In this document: positions 25,292 to 39,484 of the stretch, one piece after another
Layout of the letters: each line of letters starts with the position of its first letter
How positions within the stretch are numbered: the stretch's first letter is position 1
Assembly (NCBI RefSeq): GCF_009914755.1
Contig: NC_060929.1
Reading direction: 5' to 3' (one strand)
DNA length: 64,000 bases
Origin: the human T2T-CHM13v2.0 reference genome, Homo sapiens
Notes under the pieces: model-generated
The model's input: only the letters and a program-made list of their open reading frames with translations
What the model was told of the DNA's origin: nothing
The model's database searches: none
Translations under genes and position numbers: made by a program

Positions 25292-28200
25292 ACGGACCTC
25301 AGAAAAGGCATCCAAATGAATTCACACTCAGTGGAAAGACTGCCGAGAAAATACTAGAGAAGAATTAAAATGGTTCATCCCCTCCCCCTCCAAAAAAAAT
25401 ACTCAAGCGAAATGACTCTATTTGCATAATACTAATATACGCAGGACGCAGACACGGGCAAGAAAAAAAAAAGGCTCCATTTGATGCACACCAGAGAATG
25501 GGTGTATACACACACACACACAAACACGCACACACGCACGCGCGCCTGCGGGCGGGACACACCCACAGCCTATGTCCTCCGCCCACGGGCACGGGCAGAG
25601 CACCGATGCCATCAACAGCGCTCAGTACAGTTGTCCAGAAAACACCAATGCGAGAAAAACGAAAGAAACCCACCCTATTCAGCCAAGGAAGCACCACTGG
25701 GGAACCTAGGTTTTCTAAACACACACGCATACACAACAGGCACACACACACAACCTTGTTAGACAAGAGAGTTGAGTTCAAAGATATAATAGATGCACAA
25801 TGGATAACTGAGTGCTGGAGAATGTCATCCGCTTAAACAATACTTTGAAATTGTTTCAGCCTGAAGACAGCTTTCTGGGTTGCTCCCTGAAAAATCATAC
25901 CTAAGAAAAATAAAATCTCATTGATCCTGCTTTCCTTTTACTTTCTTTTTTCTTCTTTTCTTTTTATTTTTCAATGACCGAATAGAGGGAGAATTCCCTT
26001 TCCTCCAAAGGAGGGTAGCCCTGTTTTTGTTTTTTGAGTCCATGAACTTACTGTTCATTTCCTAGTGAAGAAGGTGCCAGGGAGCGGTCCTCGGCAGCCT
26101 CCCAGCCAGACAGCGCCACAAAAAGGCATTATTACACATCCCAAATAACAAGGGTTGTCTATATATTTACAAATCTGTTCAAACATTTAACCTTTTAACT
26201 TGCTAAATATCCCCCTCTTCTCTTTCTTTCTTGCGCTCTCGGCTCTCCCCCCTTTCTGCTTTCTCCTCCTTTTCCTTTCTCTTTCTAAAAGAGCTAGGGA
26301 TGGGAAGCGCCTTTTCTTGAGTCTAAAATGAGTACAGGGACTCTGGGCTGTACCTGACCCTTTTTGAATGCCAATTTCGTTTTCAGGCAATTGCCTCTTT
26401 GCCAGCCAAAAGATCGGGATTGGATCACCAGGGCTACCTTTTTAAAGTAGAAGCTTCTATGTTGCCTTTCAGTTTTTAAACTGCCGCGGAAAAGCATCCA
26501 CTAAATCGGAGGGATTTTCCAGACCTTTTAAAAGTTTCCAGTACCCCCAATCCGTGATGTTTCCTTCCGCGTTGCACCTCCTGCCCGTCAAGTGACTAGT
26601 AGAGGGTATCTTCTAAAGACAGCCAGAAAGTTTCGACAGTGTTTGGCGACCCAGCCAAGGCCGGGGTGACGCACACTCCTACTGCAGGGGCCAATTTGGA
26701 ATTCCATCTTTTAGCATTTCTTACTGCCCAATCTTTTCTTATGAGACTAATAACCTCATTCTCAGGGCCAATGTAAAATGTGAAACTATAGAGCATGTGG
26801 GCCTTTAATGCAGCAGAAGAGTTAGATTCCTCAAAAATTGGGGCATTCTTACTTTGCTGCACGAAGAGAAAAGGAAACTTGTGCCTGGGCATGGTGGAAA
26901 GGCGCAGGCGGCGGGCTACCGATCCGGGCGGTGCCAACGCCCTACTCTGCAGCCAGGTGCCCTGGGTGGGCTTCCATTCAAAGAACCCACAAACACCCTT
27001 ATCCCAGGATCTTCACTCTTCGCCCAGGACTCTACTGTGAAGAAATTTAAAGTGGCCTGGAGGGGCTTCCCCCTGCCATTCTGAGTTTCCTTTTCTAAAA
27101 TAAAAGAATTGCAAGAAAAATCCATTGCCTTTGAAGTTGAAACAGAAAGGGTGACTTCTTGTTGGCATATTTTCTCTGGCCTAGAACAATGACTTTATTT
27201 ATGTATTTGTTTGTTTGTTTGTTTCTGGGTAGTGGAAAAAATGAAACTGCAGTTTAGCGAGACATCATGCGTGTCTCGGATTTGTTCAGGTGTCCATAAT
27301 ATTTCAGCCTCTACCAGCTTTAGATGAGTGTTAGCCTCTGAGGTGCCCCACCCCGGATCGGCCCGAAAGCACCCGAGAAAACCCAGCCCTCACCTTGGAA
27401 GCTTGCCTTCAGCAAACTCCAGTTGGGTTTACACCTCTCGGTGGTACAATAGCCCGGAGCCCATGGGTATCCGCTAGTCGCTGACTCTGAAATGCGCCGG
27501 TCTGCGAGGTAATAATGACCGTTGCTTGCGGCTGTCAGGGCTGGCACGCCGCACCAAGGGCACTCAGGGCCGGCCAAGCCTTGAACAAGGGGAAGGGGGA
27601 TATGGATAACGTATACGTTTTAAAGAGGTTTACTGAAAACTTTTACAGATCCCACATAAGAGATGGAAGGAAGGCTAAGTGAGTTTAAAAAAAAAAAAGT
27701 GTGTTTACTCTTTGTACCATGACAGATCCAGGAGGAAAAACGGTGGCACTAGATTATTATGCGGTGCTTTCTGTAAAATGCCATCAATTTCCATGCTCGT
27801 GTGATGGTCAGGACATTTCCCCCTATTGCACAAACCCCTTATGAAAACTGCAGGCAGTTTAAGAGTTTTCCTGTTCTTCCTGATCAGAAAAGATATTCAT
27901 CCAGAGACATTATCTAAATCTGCAAAAGAATGAAGGCTGCTTGTCATTCGTCCTTCGTCTCCAGTAATGTGTGCCATCCAATTAGAAGCAATTTGAGCAA
28001 TCAAGGCCGTTATGGGAGAAGCGGGTGTTAAAAATAGGTTTTCTATAGCCTGAGAACTCTAATTCGGAAGAAAATCTAAAATTACATATGTATCATTTCT
28101 TTATATAAAATAAATATATAATCTGAGTGTCTCCTGTTAGCTCTTATTTTTTCCTCCATGGTCCCTCCCCTATTGCCTGCCTTCCTTTTGGGAATTCATA

Positions 28201-31200
28201 ACAAAAGTCAAGAGTAAAGCTCAGATGAAAAGGGAGTAGGGACCCTAAAAAAGTCTTTCTGAGACCTAACGAGAGGCTCTGGAAGGGGCTTGGCCCAATC
28301 TTTCCGGGGCTCCCGGCTGCCGTAGCGTCCCTGATAGTGGTTGTTATCTGACTTTCATCCGCGGTGGGCGGAAAAGTCCCAAAAGTAGTGTCCCGAGATG
28401 GAGGGACCCTCATCCCTGGAGTCGAGTAGTATGACCCCGGGACCCCGGGGGTCAGGGATAGTGGGCTGAGAAGCTGGCCTGTGGGTCACTGGAGGCAAGT
28501 CAGAACAGCTGCTGACACGCGCGTTCATCTTGGGGGGTTAAGGGATGCAGAAAAAGAGCTAAGAGGATGTGTTGGGAGTAAGTGGGTAAGTAAAACATGT
28601 TTCCAAGCAGAACACGAGAGTACAAAATTTTAAAAAGCAAAGCGAAACAAAGCATAGACTCCGTGCAATGTCCTCTAGCAGCAGCAATGTGCTCAGGGTG
28701 TCACATCTTACTCATGTCCCGCATTCCCAAGGGGTGAGCGCAGAGTAGATCCAGGTAGGGACCTGGTGCCCAAGTGCACCAGTGGCGGACTCTGGCGCCT
28801 CTTATTTACATTAAACCTGTCCCTCAGCATTCCGTTTTAAGAGGCGTCTTTACTCTCTCCAGCTCTCAGAAGAGAGTTGAAGAGAGCGGGTCGGGAAACC
28901 AACAAGAGCAAAGTTGGCAGAACTTCTAGAAGTGCAGAGCCAGCGCTTGCTCTTCTTGCAGGCCCCAGAGTTGGAACCCACTCCTGATCATTTGATGCCT
29001 TTGGCCAGCTGGGTCAAAGTTATCTGGAAATGAATGGTGTTCAAAGTTAAACACCTAAAACCTGAACCCTGAAAGCCCTGGCGGGCAGGAGGGGCGGAGA
29101 GGAGTCGTTCACTATACTAAGCCGAGCTCTGGGCCCAGAGCAACAAGAGTCGCTGAGGCAGGCAGGAAGTACCCCCCTGCACACCACGAGCGGACACCAG
29201 CCGTCTCTAGCAAGCTGACAACCTCCGGAGTGGGAATTAATCACCTGGCAATAACTCCCTTTCAAAACCCAGTGTTCTGGACGGAGTTTAAGTCAAAACA
29301 ATTTTCCCTTCCCAGAGTTTCTAAGGGTCCAGGATGAGTGTGGAAGTGGGAACGAATCTTGTCGCAGATGTGCCACTGTTGTTCCAAAACAATAGCGGTT
29401 CCAGAGGAGGCAGCAATGCCTCAACAGGACAAACTGAGGATCCGCATTTGCGTTTCTCAGAGAGTGAGTCACAGACCGACTGTCAGGCAAATGCTGGGGC
29501 CCCATCACCTCCAGGTGATCCTTTACAGAAGTTTCTGGTACATGGCTACAATAATATTGCAATATTAAAATCCTTTCTAATAGCACCTAATTTATTTCCT
29601 ATTTATTCTGCTTGCTTGTATGTGGTTTATGAACTGAAACCACCTGATTGTTAACAAATGTATCGATTTAACAATTCAAAAAGTATTTCCATTTTCAAAT
29701 ACTTTTCCCTTGAAAGTAATGTTAACATTTCTTGAACTTAAAGCTTCATGAAAATTGCTTTCAAAATTTTTTGTAAATGTAAATATACTGTATTTTTACA
29801 CAGTTGAGTTAGAAATAGCTGGTATTTTAAAAATATAGACATATTAATGGGCATTTCTTAATTTAATTCCTCCTTTTACTTCATAATGTCCCAATATGTT
29901 GAAGCAGAAATCAGAATAGATAGTATTGACAAGAAATGTATCCTTTAAAAGTCAAATTTGTCCTTTAAATTGGCTTTTCTCATAAAGCAGCTCTAAAGTT
30001 TAGTATATGTGTATAAATTTATGCATACAACATAATATAGTCTTTTCTCTGCTATTAACTAGCCAGGGAAATTCAAGTCTTTTATTCTTAGTATGTCACA
30101 GCTTTTTTAATTTGAGATATCTAACTAAATAATCTCCAATTCAAAAATTGTAGAGTTTTTGAAATATTTTACTTTAATGTATTCTGCAGTTATATAAAAA
30201 TAACAAGGCAATAATAATATCAAAATTAAAATTTCCCCGGAATATTTTACATAATTAGAACCAATAATACTCTGTGTTTTCACTGTCTACAAAGACTTCC
30301 TAACCTGATCCATCACTCCTAATAGTCTAAGAGTCCATTAATATACAGTAAGGATGAAAAAGAATTGTGTATCTTTATGCATATATCTTTACTTTTATGT
30401 AAAGGAGGTCATCTCTTTCACTGGATACCCAGTGAAATTCATGATTCAAAAAAGAACCATTGATCTACACTTGAAGCCTTCATAAGTGAGAACACAACCA
30501 CCACCACAGCAATCATTGCATTTACATTTTGGATATAAGTAATAATTTTTCTAGACATCCTGGAATGTAAAATGTTGGAAAGATCAGTAAGCTAAAAATG
30601 AAGAGATTTTTAACTCTGGGTCTTCCTCTAAATGTCTAGTGACTTTAAATGAGATGCCGTATTCTGCTGGGGCCTAATTTATCCATACAATTAAGAAATT
30701 GAATCAGATGAGCTCCCCAAGTCCATCTAGTCTTACAAGTCCATAAAGTTCTGGACACTGTGCAGAGTAACTGGATCTGTCATTATTCAGTGTTTTTCAA
30801 AGCAAACATCACAATTTAGGCATAAGACTATGCCAGAAGCTTTACTTCTTTGTGATCTTATTTGCACCTTACTGTAGCTCTTCCTTTGCATGGATGAAAT
30901 GATTAGTTCTTAAAGTAATTTAAAGGTATCAAACGAGATGTAAAGTTCTTCACTGGTACTGCTTGTCGTTGTAGGAAATGATGTTCTCAGAAATGTTGTT
31001 ATCTATAAGAATTTCATGCCCCTAAAACAAGCTTAAATTTTCCTTCAGCTATTGAAGTTGGTAAATTAATACCTTTGATAATTTTATAACTTTCTATGGA
31101 AGACAGCTGGTTCATTTCAGTGGTTATAAGAATCAAGAACTACAAAAATATATACTCTCTGATAGTATTGTTGAAGCTTTTTCTCCGGTATCAAAGAATC

Positions 31201-32299
31201 TTTGCTCAATTCTTCACCCCTTGACCCCGATCTCACCTCTATTCCCAATATGCAGTCCTCACCTAGACCCATTCTTCCAGGCTGATGCTGAGTTTATTTA
31301 CTCTAAGCAACATTTTCAGGAATCAACATCAGCAGATTACTACAATGAACATTTTTTTTTAGTTCAGCCTCAAGTCTATGAAATTAATTTCCATTTTGAT
31401 AATCACAAGACTTTCCTTGGAAATATCAGTGACTGCACAAGCCATAGGCAGATCAAGTGTAGATGCTCCATCATCTGAATAGGGTTGGGTTATGTTTTCA
31501 ATTGGAACAAGGTATTAAGTGATTAAACTGTGCCAGAGGACACAGCACTTTTATCAAGCCCTTTTCTATCCAAGCAGGCACAAGGATAGTCAATCCCTGG
31601 CCCTGAAAGTCTACAAGGAAAACTTGGAATGCTTTAGGAAATCGTGTTTATAATTAAAGCACTGGCATTTTTCTTCTCATTACAGAATAAAGGCTGAATA
31701 CAATTTTTGAAACTTTACCTTTTTTTAATTTCAATTAAGCTGCTTAAGATCCTCTTGCATTCATTGACAGGATTTTTGGCCCATTCTGCTATTCTAGTCC
31801 ACAACCGTTTAAGTGTTAAATGTTAGCAGATTACAAGTGACTAACAGTGGAATATTCGGAATTCTATATGCCATTATTTTAATTCCTACCACAGCTAGCA
31901 TTCACACAAGATAGAAGTTCAAAAACCAGTTTGGGCACTATATTTTGCCCATCTTCTTGTAGATATAGTTAGAACACTGATGTGTCATCACCTTATTCCT
32001 CTCAGCATACCTGGCATGTGTCTGAGAGAATGAGTGAATTAAATGAATGAATAAATATGCAAGGTACCCAATGTCTATTTGACTATTTAGACCTGCGGAA
32101 GAAGTGGCAGCTTTTTAGTGATTACTAGCGTGGGTTCTATATTATAAATGTTCTTAAATAAAAATACAAAATGAACACAATAAGACACTAAGTATATGTC
32201 ATAAATCTGAAATAAAATTGCTAAGCACTCCATTATCATAAAATTCTTTTTAGAAGTCTTCCAAGAGAGGGAAATTGGGGCAAGTAAAATCAAACTTAC

Positions 32300-32940
32300 T
32301 AGGAAGGCCAGAAGGTTACATTGTCATGCACTGTTCTTAGTGCTTTGTGTGGATTATCTCATTCAATCCCCCCAGAAAAACCATCTGAGGCATGGACAAT
32401 AATGACCATTTTACAGGTAAGGACAACGGGGCTTAGAGAGGTTAACCCACTGCTTAGCATCATATGATATTGATGACTGGCATTCTAGAGTCAAGGTTTA
32501 AATGGAGGCAGTCTGGTTGCAGAAACAAAACTCCTAGCGATTAGGTGGTACTTCACACAGAAAAGTGTTAAATTAATGCTCATATAACTTGTGGAAAGAA
32601 GTATAGGAACACAAAATTAAAGAAAATTTCAGAAAATTAGCAGGTGCTTCCGAGAATCCAAAGACTATGCTTATATCACTAGTGGAAACAGAAAGAAAAG
32701 AAAAGGCAGCGTGACATGGATTATAGCGTCAGCTGAGCTGGGTTCACTGTCTTAACTCCCCATTTATCCACTATGAGACCTGGGACAAGTTACCTAACCT
32801 CTCTGAGTTAATTTTTCTGAGTCACTTCTTTAACCATACATTGGCAGTAAAAATACTAACCCCTTGGAATTTTAATGATTAAATATAATGGATGCAAAGT
32901 AACATGTATAATAAGCACATGATAAATATAAGTTATTATT
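32300..32940. mobile_element. MIR fragments
   Basis: ccattttacaggtaaggac...cttagagaggttaac at ~32410 and gggacaagttacctaacctctctgag at ~32785. Confidence 0.55.
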
Positions 32941-33369
32941 GTGTGGGATGTAGATTACAGGACTGAATTCTATCCTAATTGTTGTCTGAGGCAGCGTTGG
33001 CTTTATTTTGAAAATTGAAATGCCAGTATTCAGTTAGGTTATACTTCCCCTAGTTGCTTCCACAACATCCTACTTCTGTTTTTCCCATCCTTATATTTTC
33101 AGAGAATTTTCTGTTACAGTTAATATGAAACAAAACAGTTATGTTCCTTTGTATTTCAGAGGTGAACTTGCACACAATGTCCCTGTCCTCATGGAAAGTA
33201 CTTTCTTGAAGGTATAAAGAATGTCACATCTGGAGGAGGCCTGGAAAAAGAGGAAGACTACTATACTTGTATGAGAGAGCTTGAAATGAGAGTGAACAGA
33301 ATTTTTAATCTGGTCATTAATTTTTCAGTAAGAGGAGTTCTCTCTGTCCATAAGGATTTATATTTACTT

Positions 33370-35850
33370 AATATTTTTAATTTTTATCAAAGTAAAGCAT
33401 ATACATGATTTTTAAAATAGTACAGAATGATTTACAATGAAAAGCTACAGTCTTTTGCCCCAATTTTCTCCACCTCCATTACAGCTCCTCATTTTAAAAA
33501 TCAGCTTTAATGTTTTTAACTGTCTCTGATTTTTCTTCTGCTGCTGATTACCACCATATTGGTAAATAATATATTTACACATCTAGTTTTTGGTTTATCA
33601 ATTTTGGACATGATCACAAACTTCTGCCATAAAAAAACGCAGACATAGTTTACCCTTACCACTTTCCACACCATTTCCCAATATAGTTACATCACTATTT
33701 TTCTTTCCTATATTGTTTGTCTTTTTAATTTTAATTAATACATTTTCACATGTATTTCTTGATTCATTAACCACAAGTAATATCTCTTGATTTCATACTT
33801 TGGCTCTCCTCCTGTCACCACCTAAATAATATTCTTTGCATTCTGTGTTTATCTTATTACAATTGATGACCTTATATTCTGCTATTTAATTCATAAAATT
33901 AAGATTTTTGTACTTTTTATAAGTTCAACATAAAATTGAAAATCAAGAAAGGTTTTAAATAGTCATGATGAAACAAATATTATTTATTGCACAACCATAA
34001 TTGTAATTCCTCTTGTGCAGCCTTTTGTTTTTCCTAGAGTTTCCTATTGCCTTTCTTTTTAGTGTGAATGGTCTATTATTGTTGGCTTCATAGGTTTCTC
34101 ATATTCTCAAGAATGGTATCAAATCCTTGGAATCTATTATTTATTTAAATGCCTCTCTCCATGAGCCAACTTCTTTTCTACTCCAGTCTTGACAAATATT
34201 TATCCAAACTGCACAAAATACAGACTGAGACATCCCTTCATTACTTTCTGGGCTGTAGCCAACATTTTCTGTATGGGATCTCATGTTATTTTTGGATCAC
34301 CTCCTCTCTCCTCTCCACTATTGTGCTCAAGTAACCTCTTAAGGCTAAGCAGGTGGGAGACAATTTTTCTAAGTTATTTCTTGACTAAAAATGTCCTTTA
34401 TTAAATTTTCAAATTATATTGATAATTTGGCTGTGTGTAGAACTCTAGGTTTTAAATATTTTACCCTCAGACATTTTAAGACATTGATTCACAATTTTGC
34501 TATAGCTAATGAGAAGATTAATCCAATCTTACTCTCATTCCTTTGTAAAAGTTCAGGCTTTCTTCCTCTCTGGAAGCTTTTAAGATCTTCTCTTTACCCT
34601 TAGTGTTCTGTAGTTTCAAATAATTTATCTAATGTGAGTCTGCATTTTTTCATTGTTCTGAACATTCAATAGATACTCTCAATTTAATTACACATGCTCT
34701 TCAGCTCTAAGAAAAATTCTAGTACTTTGTCTAATACCTCCCTTTACTTATCTTATTTCTTTCTGAAATTCCTATTAGTTGAAGTTAGTCTCCAAGATTA
34801 AACTCTTTATCTCTTGCATTTCCATTATATTTTCCACATATTTTTCTATTTGTTTTACCTTTTTTGAAATTTACTTAATTTTATTGTTCAGCCATTTAAC
34901 TGATATATTTTTACTCTGATAATCACATTTTTAAGTACCAAGTGAAACTTCTTGGTCTATAATTTATTTTCATAGTATCTTATTTTATGTCTATATATAG
35001 ATAGATAACATCCTATTCTTGTTTTACTGATGCATTTTCATTACATTTTTAATATCTGAGATGTATGAATTAGAATTTTTAAGTTTTTTTGGCTGTTGTT
35101 CCTGAATTGCCTGTTTCCTACAGGATGTTGCTGTCTTCCTGACTGTCTGTTTCTCTCTTTATGACTTGTTTTTTGTTTTCAGATTTTTGTTTGTTTGTTT
35201 TGTTTTGCTTTGTCTTTCTCATTTATATTGCTGGCTTTTTTCAAAGGACTAGAGATACTTGGTTTCTGTTTATAATTAGGATATAGTAAAATGACTGGTA
35301 GCTCTCTGAACTTGGGCAGAGTCTTATATACTGACAGTTTAATTAATGAAATGTGATTGAGAAGCTGTGTATGGAGGAACACATACTTGCCATAATTCAG
35401 AGGTCTTTGCTCTGAAATGTCAATACCTACGTGAGCGTCCCTGTACCCATTTTGGCAATTTCTGTAGCGAAGTCCCTTCATTGTATTTGTCTGGGAGGTG
35501 GTACAATACCTATATACTACACACTGATATGGGGGCACTGGTAGTTTCACATGCAATCAATTAAATATCTGTTTTTAGTTACGTATCTCTTATGCTCCCA
35601 CACCCCTGGTATTTCTGAGTTGCAAGCCCTTGAGGGTTCCACATGGCAGACTGTCCCCTTTTATGCTGTAGTCACCTCTGCACATGTTCTAAATAGTGGC
35701 TGCTTCAGCTTTGGTATATCATTTTCCACTCCTCCATCCATTTTTCAACTCCTAGAACTTTAAAAAAAAAAACTATCTTTTTCTATTGGCCTCTTCCGGT
35801 GTTCTTTGTTTTATACACTTAAATATTATTTTCTATATTTTTTAACATTT
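33370..35850 (-). mobile_element. Highly diverged ancient L1M fragments
   Basis: T-rich plus strand with L1M ORF1-like reverse motifs (tgataatttggctgtgtgtagaactctagg, atgagaagattaatcc). Confidence 0.45.
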
Positions 35851-38800
35851 CAGGAAGGTCAGATTGCCATAAAGAACCAGAAGCTATATTTAAAAAATTT
35901 AAGACTCTTCTAATATTGTTTATACTTTACTTAATACTACAATGAATGTATTCCTTTTTATTGGCAATTTTTAATCAATCATGAACCTGAATTTAATTTA
36001 CAAAATAAATTAGCAGGAAGATTCAGCTAGTTCTAAAACACTCTTTGATTATTTGAATGATCTTACAACTCATTTTCAAACTTATGTTTCATAATGTGAA
36101 ATGGATATGTAACATTTATTTCTAGGGGACCCTATGTTAGTATTAAGATCCTTAAGACAACTTTGGATTATTGATTATTGAAATTTATATATACCACACA
36201 TCCTTTTTAAGTAAACTTAAAGAAACTAGAAATCTTACTTGTAGCAAAAGCATACACAACAACAGTTGACATTCTACTACTAGATGTAAGTTTGCTTACC
36301 AACAAAAACGGAATCTTAGATCCTTCCGCAAAAGTATCTTCTGTACCCTCACAATGGTCAAAGCATTGTAAGTGATACTGAAAATTACACACATTCTTTG
36401 ACCCTAATTCATATGTTCACCTTATATAACAGATCTGCGAGAGTTGTGGTCATGTCTATGTTCTTCACCACTGCAACTCCAATGCTAACATAACTTTTGC
36501 ACGTTGTGGTCAATTGCTAAATATGTGCTAGTAAATGTTGAAAGAACTATGCATCCAGACAAGGTTCTGAAACTGACAATCAGGTTTGGGAAATTAGATA
36601 TATTAAGATGTATTAGGAATAAGAGTCTGCAGCATTCAATAAATGTCGTAAGTGTCACCTGAGCAAGTGCAATAATAGGTATTCAAAGGAGGGAGAGTTT
36701 GCTTTAAGCCAAGATGATTGGAATACCCAGCAGAAAATAAGGGATAGGATTTGGATAGGTAGAAATGAGAGGGGAAGAGCTTTACATGGCATAAAGGGTT
36801 TAAGTCTAAATAATATCCAGCTTATAAAATGTTTGTATTCATTTAATATATTTAACTTAAAAACAAAAGCATGACTTAGATAATTCAAAAGTAAGAACTT
36901 CCTAAAGAATCACTGAAGGGAGATCAGATCTCCTTTCTTAGATCAACTCTATAAAATATACTGAATGGACATTTAGACATAATCATCATGGTAAATAAAT
37001 GCATTCTTGAAACAAGGTTAAAAAGTTTCATATCATATCTGCTTGACTTTGGAGCTGAATTAAAATATACTATTAATTCAGTATACAAATGGACCTTATT
37101 TGCAGTTGATTGCTTAGGAAGTAAGGACAAATATCTCTCATTCCTGATTATTTTACAAGTTTTGGCAATTTCAACTCATAGTTCATAGATTTTCCTAATG
37201 AAAACAGAATGCTTGCGTATTTTACACTCTGTTTTACAAATACCAAAGTGCTTGCACTTTAATCAAATAAATCACAAAGTGGATCAGGCAGAAGTAAATA
37301 AACCTGGCTAAAATTCCCCAACAGAGCACTGCCTGCGACAGATTGCGACCCTCAATGGTGGGTCAGTGCACACACTTGCAATGGTAATAACAGGGTCTTT
37401 TTCCAAGCAGAGAGTTGGAAGTCACCATCAATTCCAATTTTCCTAAGAGAAAGTGACATCTCAACAAAGACAGGGATACCCATGATTATTGGAAGAAAAA
37501 ATGTAAGCAGGCAAAGAAAGGGAAGAAATAATAAAAATGATAAAATTGTAGTAATAGTCAAGCACTGTGGGTTTTTTACATGTATTGGTTAATTTCAGGT
37601 GACAAAAAAGAAGGAAAGTAGAGGGAGGGGAAAAATAAAATCTTCTGGGAAAGTTTTTATCTTAAAATGACATACAATCTTCCTGCTGTTGTCCTTGAGG
37701 AAGTGTGATGAAGTAGGCTCTCTGTCTTACCATATATATTGTTGCTCTGAAGTCTTAGATCTTATCAGAAATCAGCCTTGCTTAACAGTTTAGGTGATAA
37801 AAGAGATATTCACTGAGGTATTCACCGGAAACTCCACCATGACAGCCAGATGGAGAGAAATACCTAATACCTTTAAATGTTTGGGTAACAGGAACTCAAA
37901 TTAATTGTTATCAATAATTCTCAATGCAAATGCTATATTTCTATATATAAATGCTATATTTCTACATATAAAACTCAAATAGCATGTTGTTTTTAAAATT
38001 ACTCATTAGCTGTATAAATCCTCTTCTAAAATAGTGCCTCATGCCCTTAAATGGAATGAATAATCAACAGCATGGTAGTAAAAAGTGCACAGCTAAGATA
38101 AGGGTCTTGGAAGTGTAGACTCTGACCTCAACTCAGGCAAGAATCACCACAAAGTCCCAAGTTTTCCAAACACTCTTAAAGTCATCAGGTACTCATATAC
38201 TAGAGAAATAGTAAATCCCTCCCAGAATTGGTTATGCCTTTAAATTGACTTTTACGCATTTAGATTTGTTCTGATTTAAGACTGCCCTCTCCTTAATGAA
38301 CTAGCTAAGCTCTACAACTCTAGTTCTAAAGAAATAAAATGTGTCATTTACGGCCATCACACGGAGAGGCCATGTACCATTCAGGATGCATCTTAGCTGT
38401 GTAAATTAATTTTGAAAGGAAAAATTGTACTTGTGTTCTAGTGGAACCCTATATTATAAGCCAATATCTAAGCCACCTGGTCATTTTAAATTTCAAAAAT
38501 TATGCCTTATTTTTTCTCTTTTACATAAGCAAAGCTTACTATTGTTTTAAAACAAGTAAATCAAAGGCCAGTAAAAACTGGAAGCTAATAGCAAAGCAGA
38601 AAGAAATCATTAAACCCTGCTTTTACAAAGTTTCAGCCTCTCTCAAAAGCACTAACTTTTTAAACATTAGTATTTTTCATGACTCAAAGGGACTGAAAAG
38701 TCATTTACTCGTTTGGCAGTGTCAATCAAGCCACCTTGACACTCTTATTCCACCTATTTTTACTTCTCACATGCCTAAGCTCCTCCACACACCAAATTGA

Positions 38801-39438
38801 GTGCTTAATTGTCCAATCATTTTTAGACCAATAGTTTTTTCTTCTGGCAAAGCCAAACAACCATAAGAGGCTGATTGGGAGTGTGCAACATTGCCAAAAC
38901 TGAACCCATATGTGAGCACTGCTTTTATGGTATGCAGGCCTCAAGAAGAGAAGCTCTGTCACTGTTAGTGATGGAGTGTCTCTGGGCAGGAAAATTCCAA
39001 GCCCCCACATGTAAAGGAGAGACACCTGGGAAGATTATGAGAGCATTTGCAGGCTGTGCATAGTACTAAAAGCTCTGTAGAATCGTTCCACTGCTGCTCT
39101 AGTTGGTAACAAATTGAAGCACTTTATAAAATTTGTAGCTCTTCGATAATTTTGAATCACTTTAAAGTGCTCATGCTCCAAACCATAAAGTCTTTCTTAA
39201 CCACTGCAAACGTATAAAAGGCACATCATCAAAATGACAGTAATCAACTCCTTCAATTTTAGGTGTGAAATTGTTCTGTGTTTTTTCTCATTGTTTTTGT
39301 TGTTCACCTAGAGAAAAAAAAGGTCATAAGGACACAGTGCACAAAATCCCCCTTTTTCAACAGCACCAAGTAATGAAATTCTTAAAAGTTCTCAGATGAA
39401 GAAATATTTTATTTTAGATAAGCTGTCCGAAGGTAGGG

Positions 39439-39439
<1 letters not shown>

Positions 39440-39483
<44 letters not shown>
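39440..39483. repeat. (TG)22 microsatellite
   Basis: Perfect TG run seen directly. Confidence 0.97.

Positions 39484-39484
<1 letters not shown>

Larger units (their letters stand above)
23800..29200 (-). promoter_or_regulatory. Extended CpG-island promoter region with several candidate alternative first exons of a minus-strand gene
   Basis: CpG- and GC-rich patches (densest at 24290-24850), with no transposons across >5 kb. Minus-strand donors follow exon ends at 23846 (CGG|GTAAGC), 24292 (TAC|GTGAGC), 25674 (AGG|GTGGGT), 26052 (ACA|GTAAGT) and 27394 (AAG|GTGAGG). Confidence 0.75.

Noticed and set aside
23793-25836. Several 60-184 aa ORFs over the CpG island
   Set aside because: GC-rich and microsatellite low-complexity sequence with overlapping frames on both strands and no recognisable protein family.
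26100-26120. REST/RE1 site (cagacagcgcc)
   Set aside because: Only the right half-site matches; the left half TTCAGCACC is absent.
23800-29200. Assigning a gene symbol to the promoter
   Set aside because: No coding exon is in the window and I do not recognise the UTR sequence; a BLAT search is needed.
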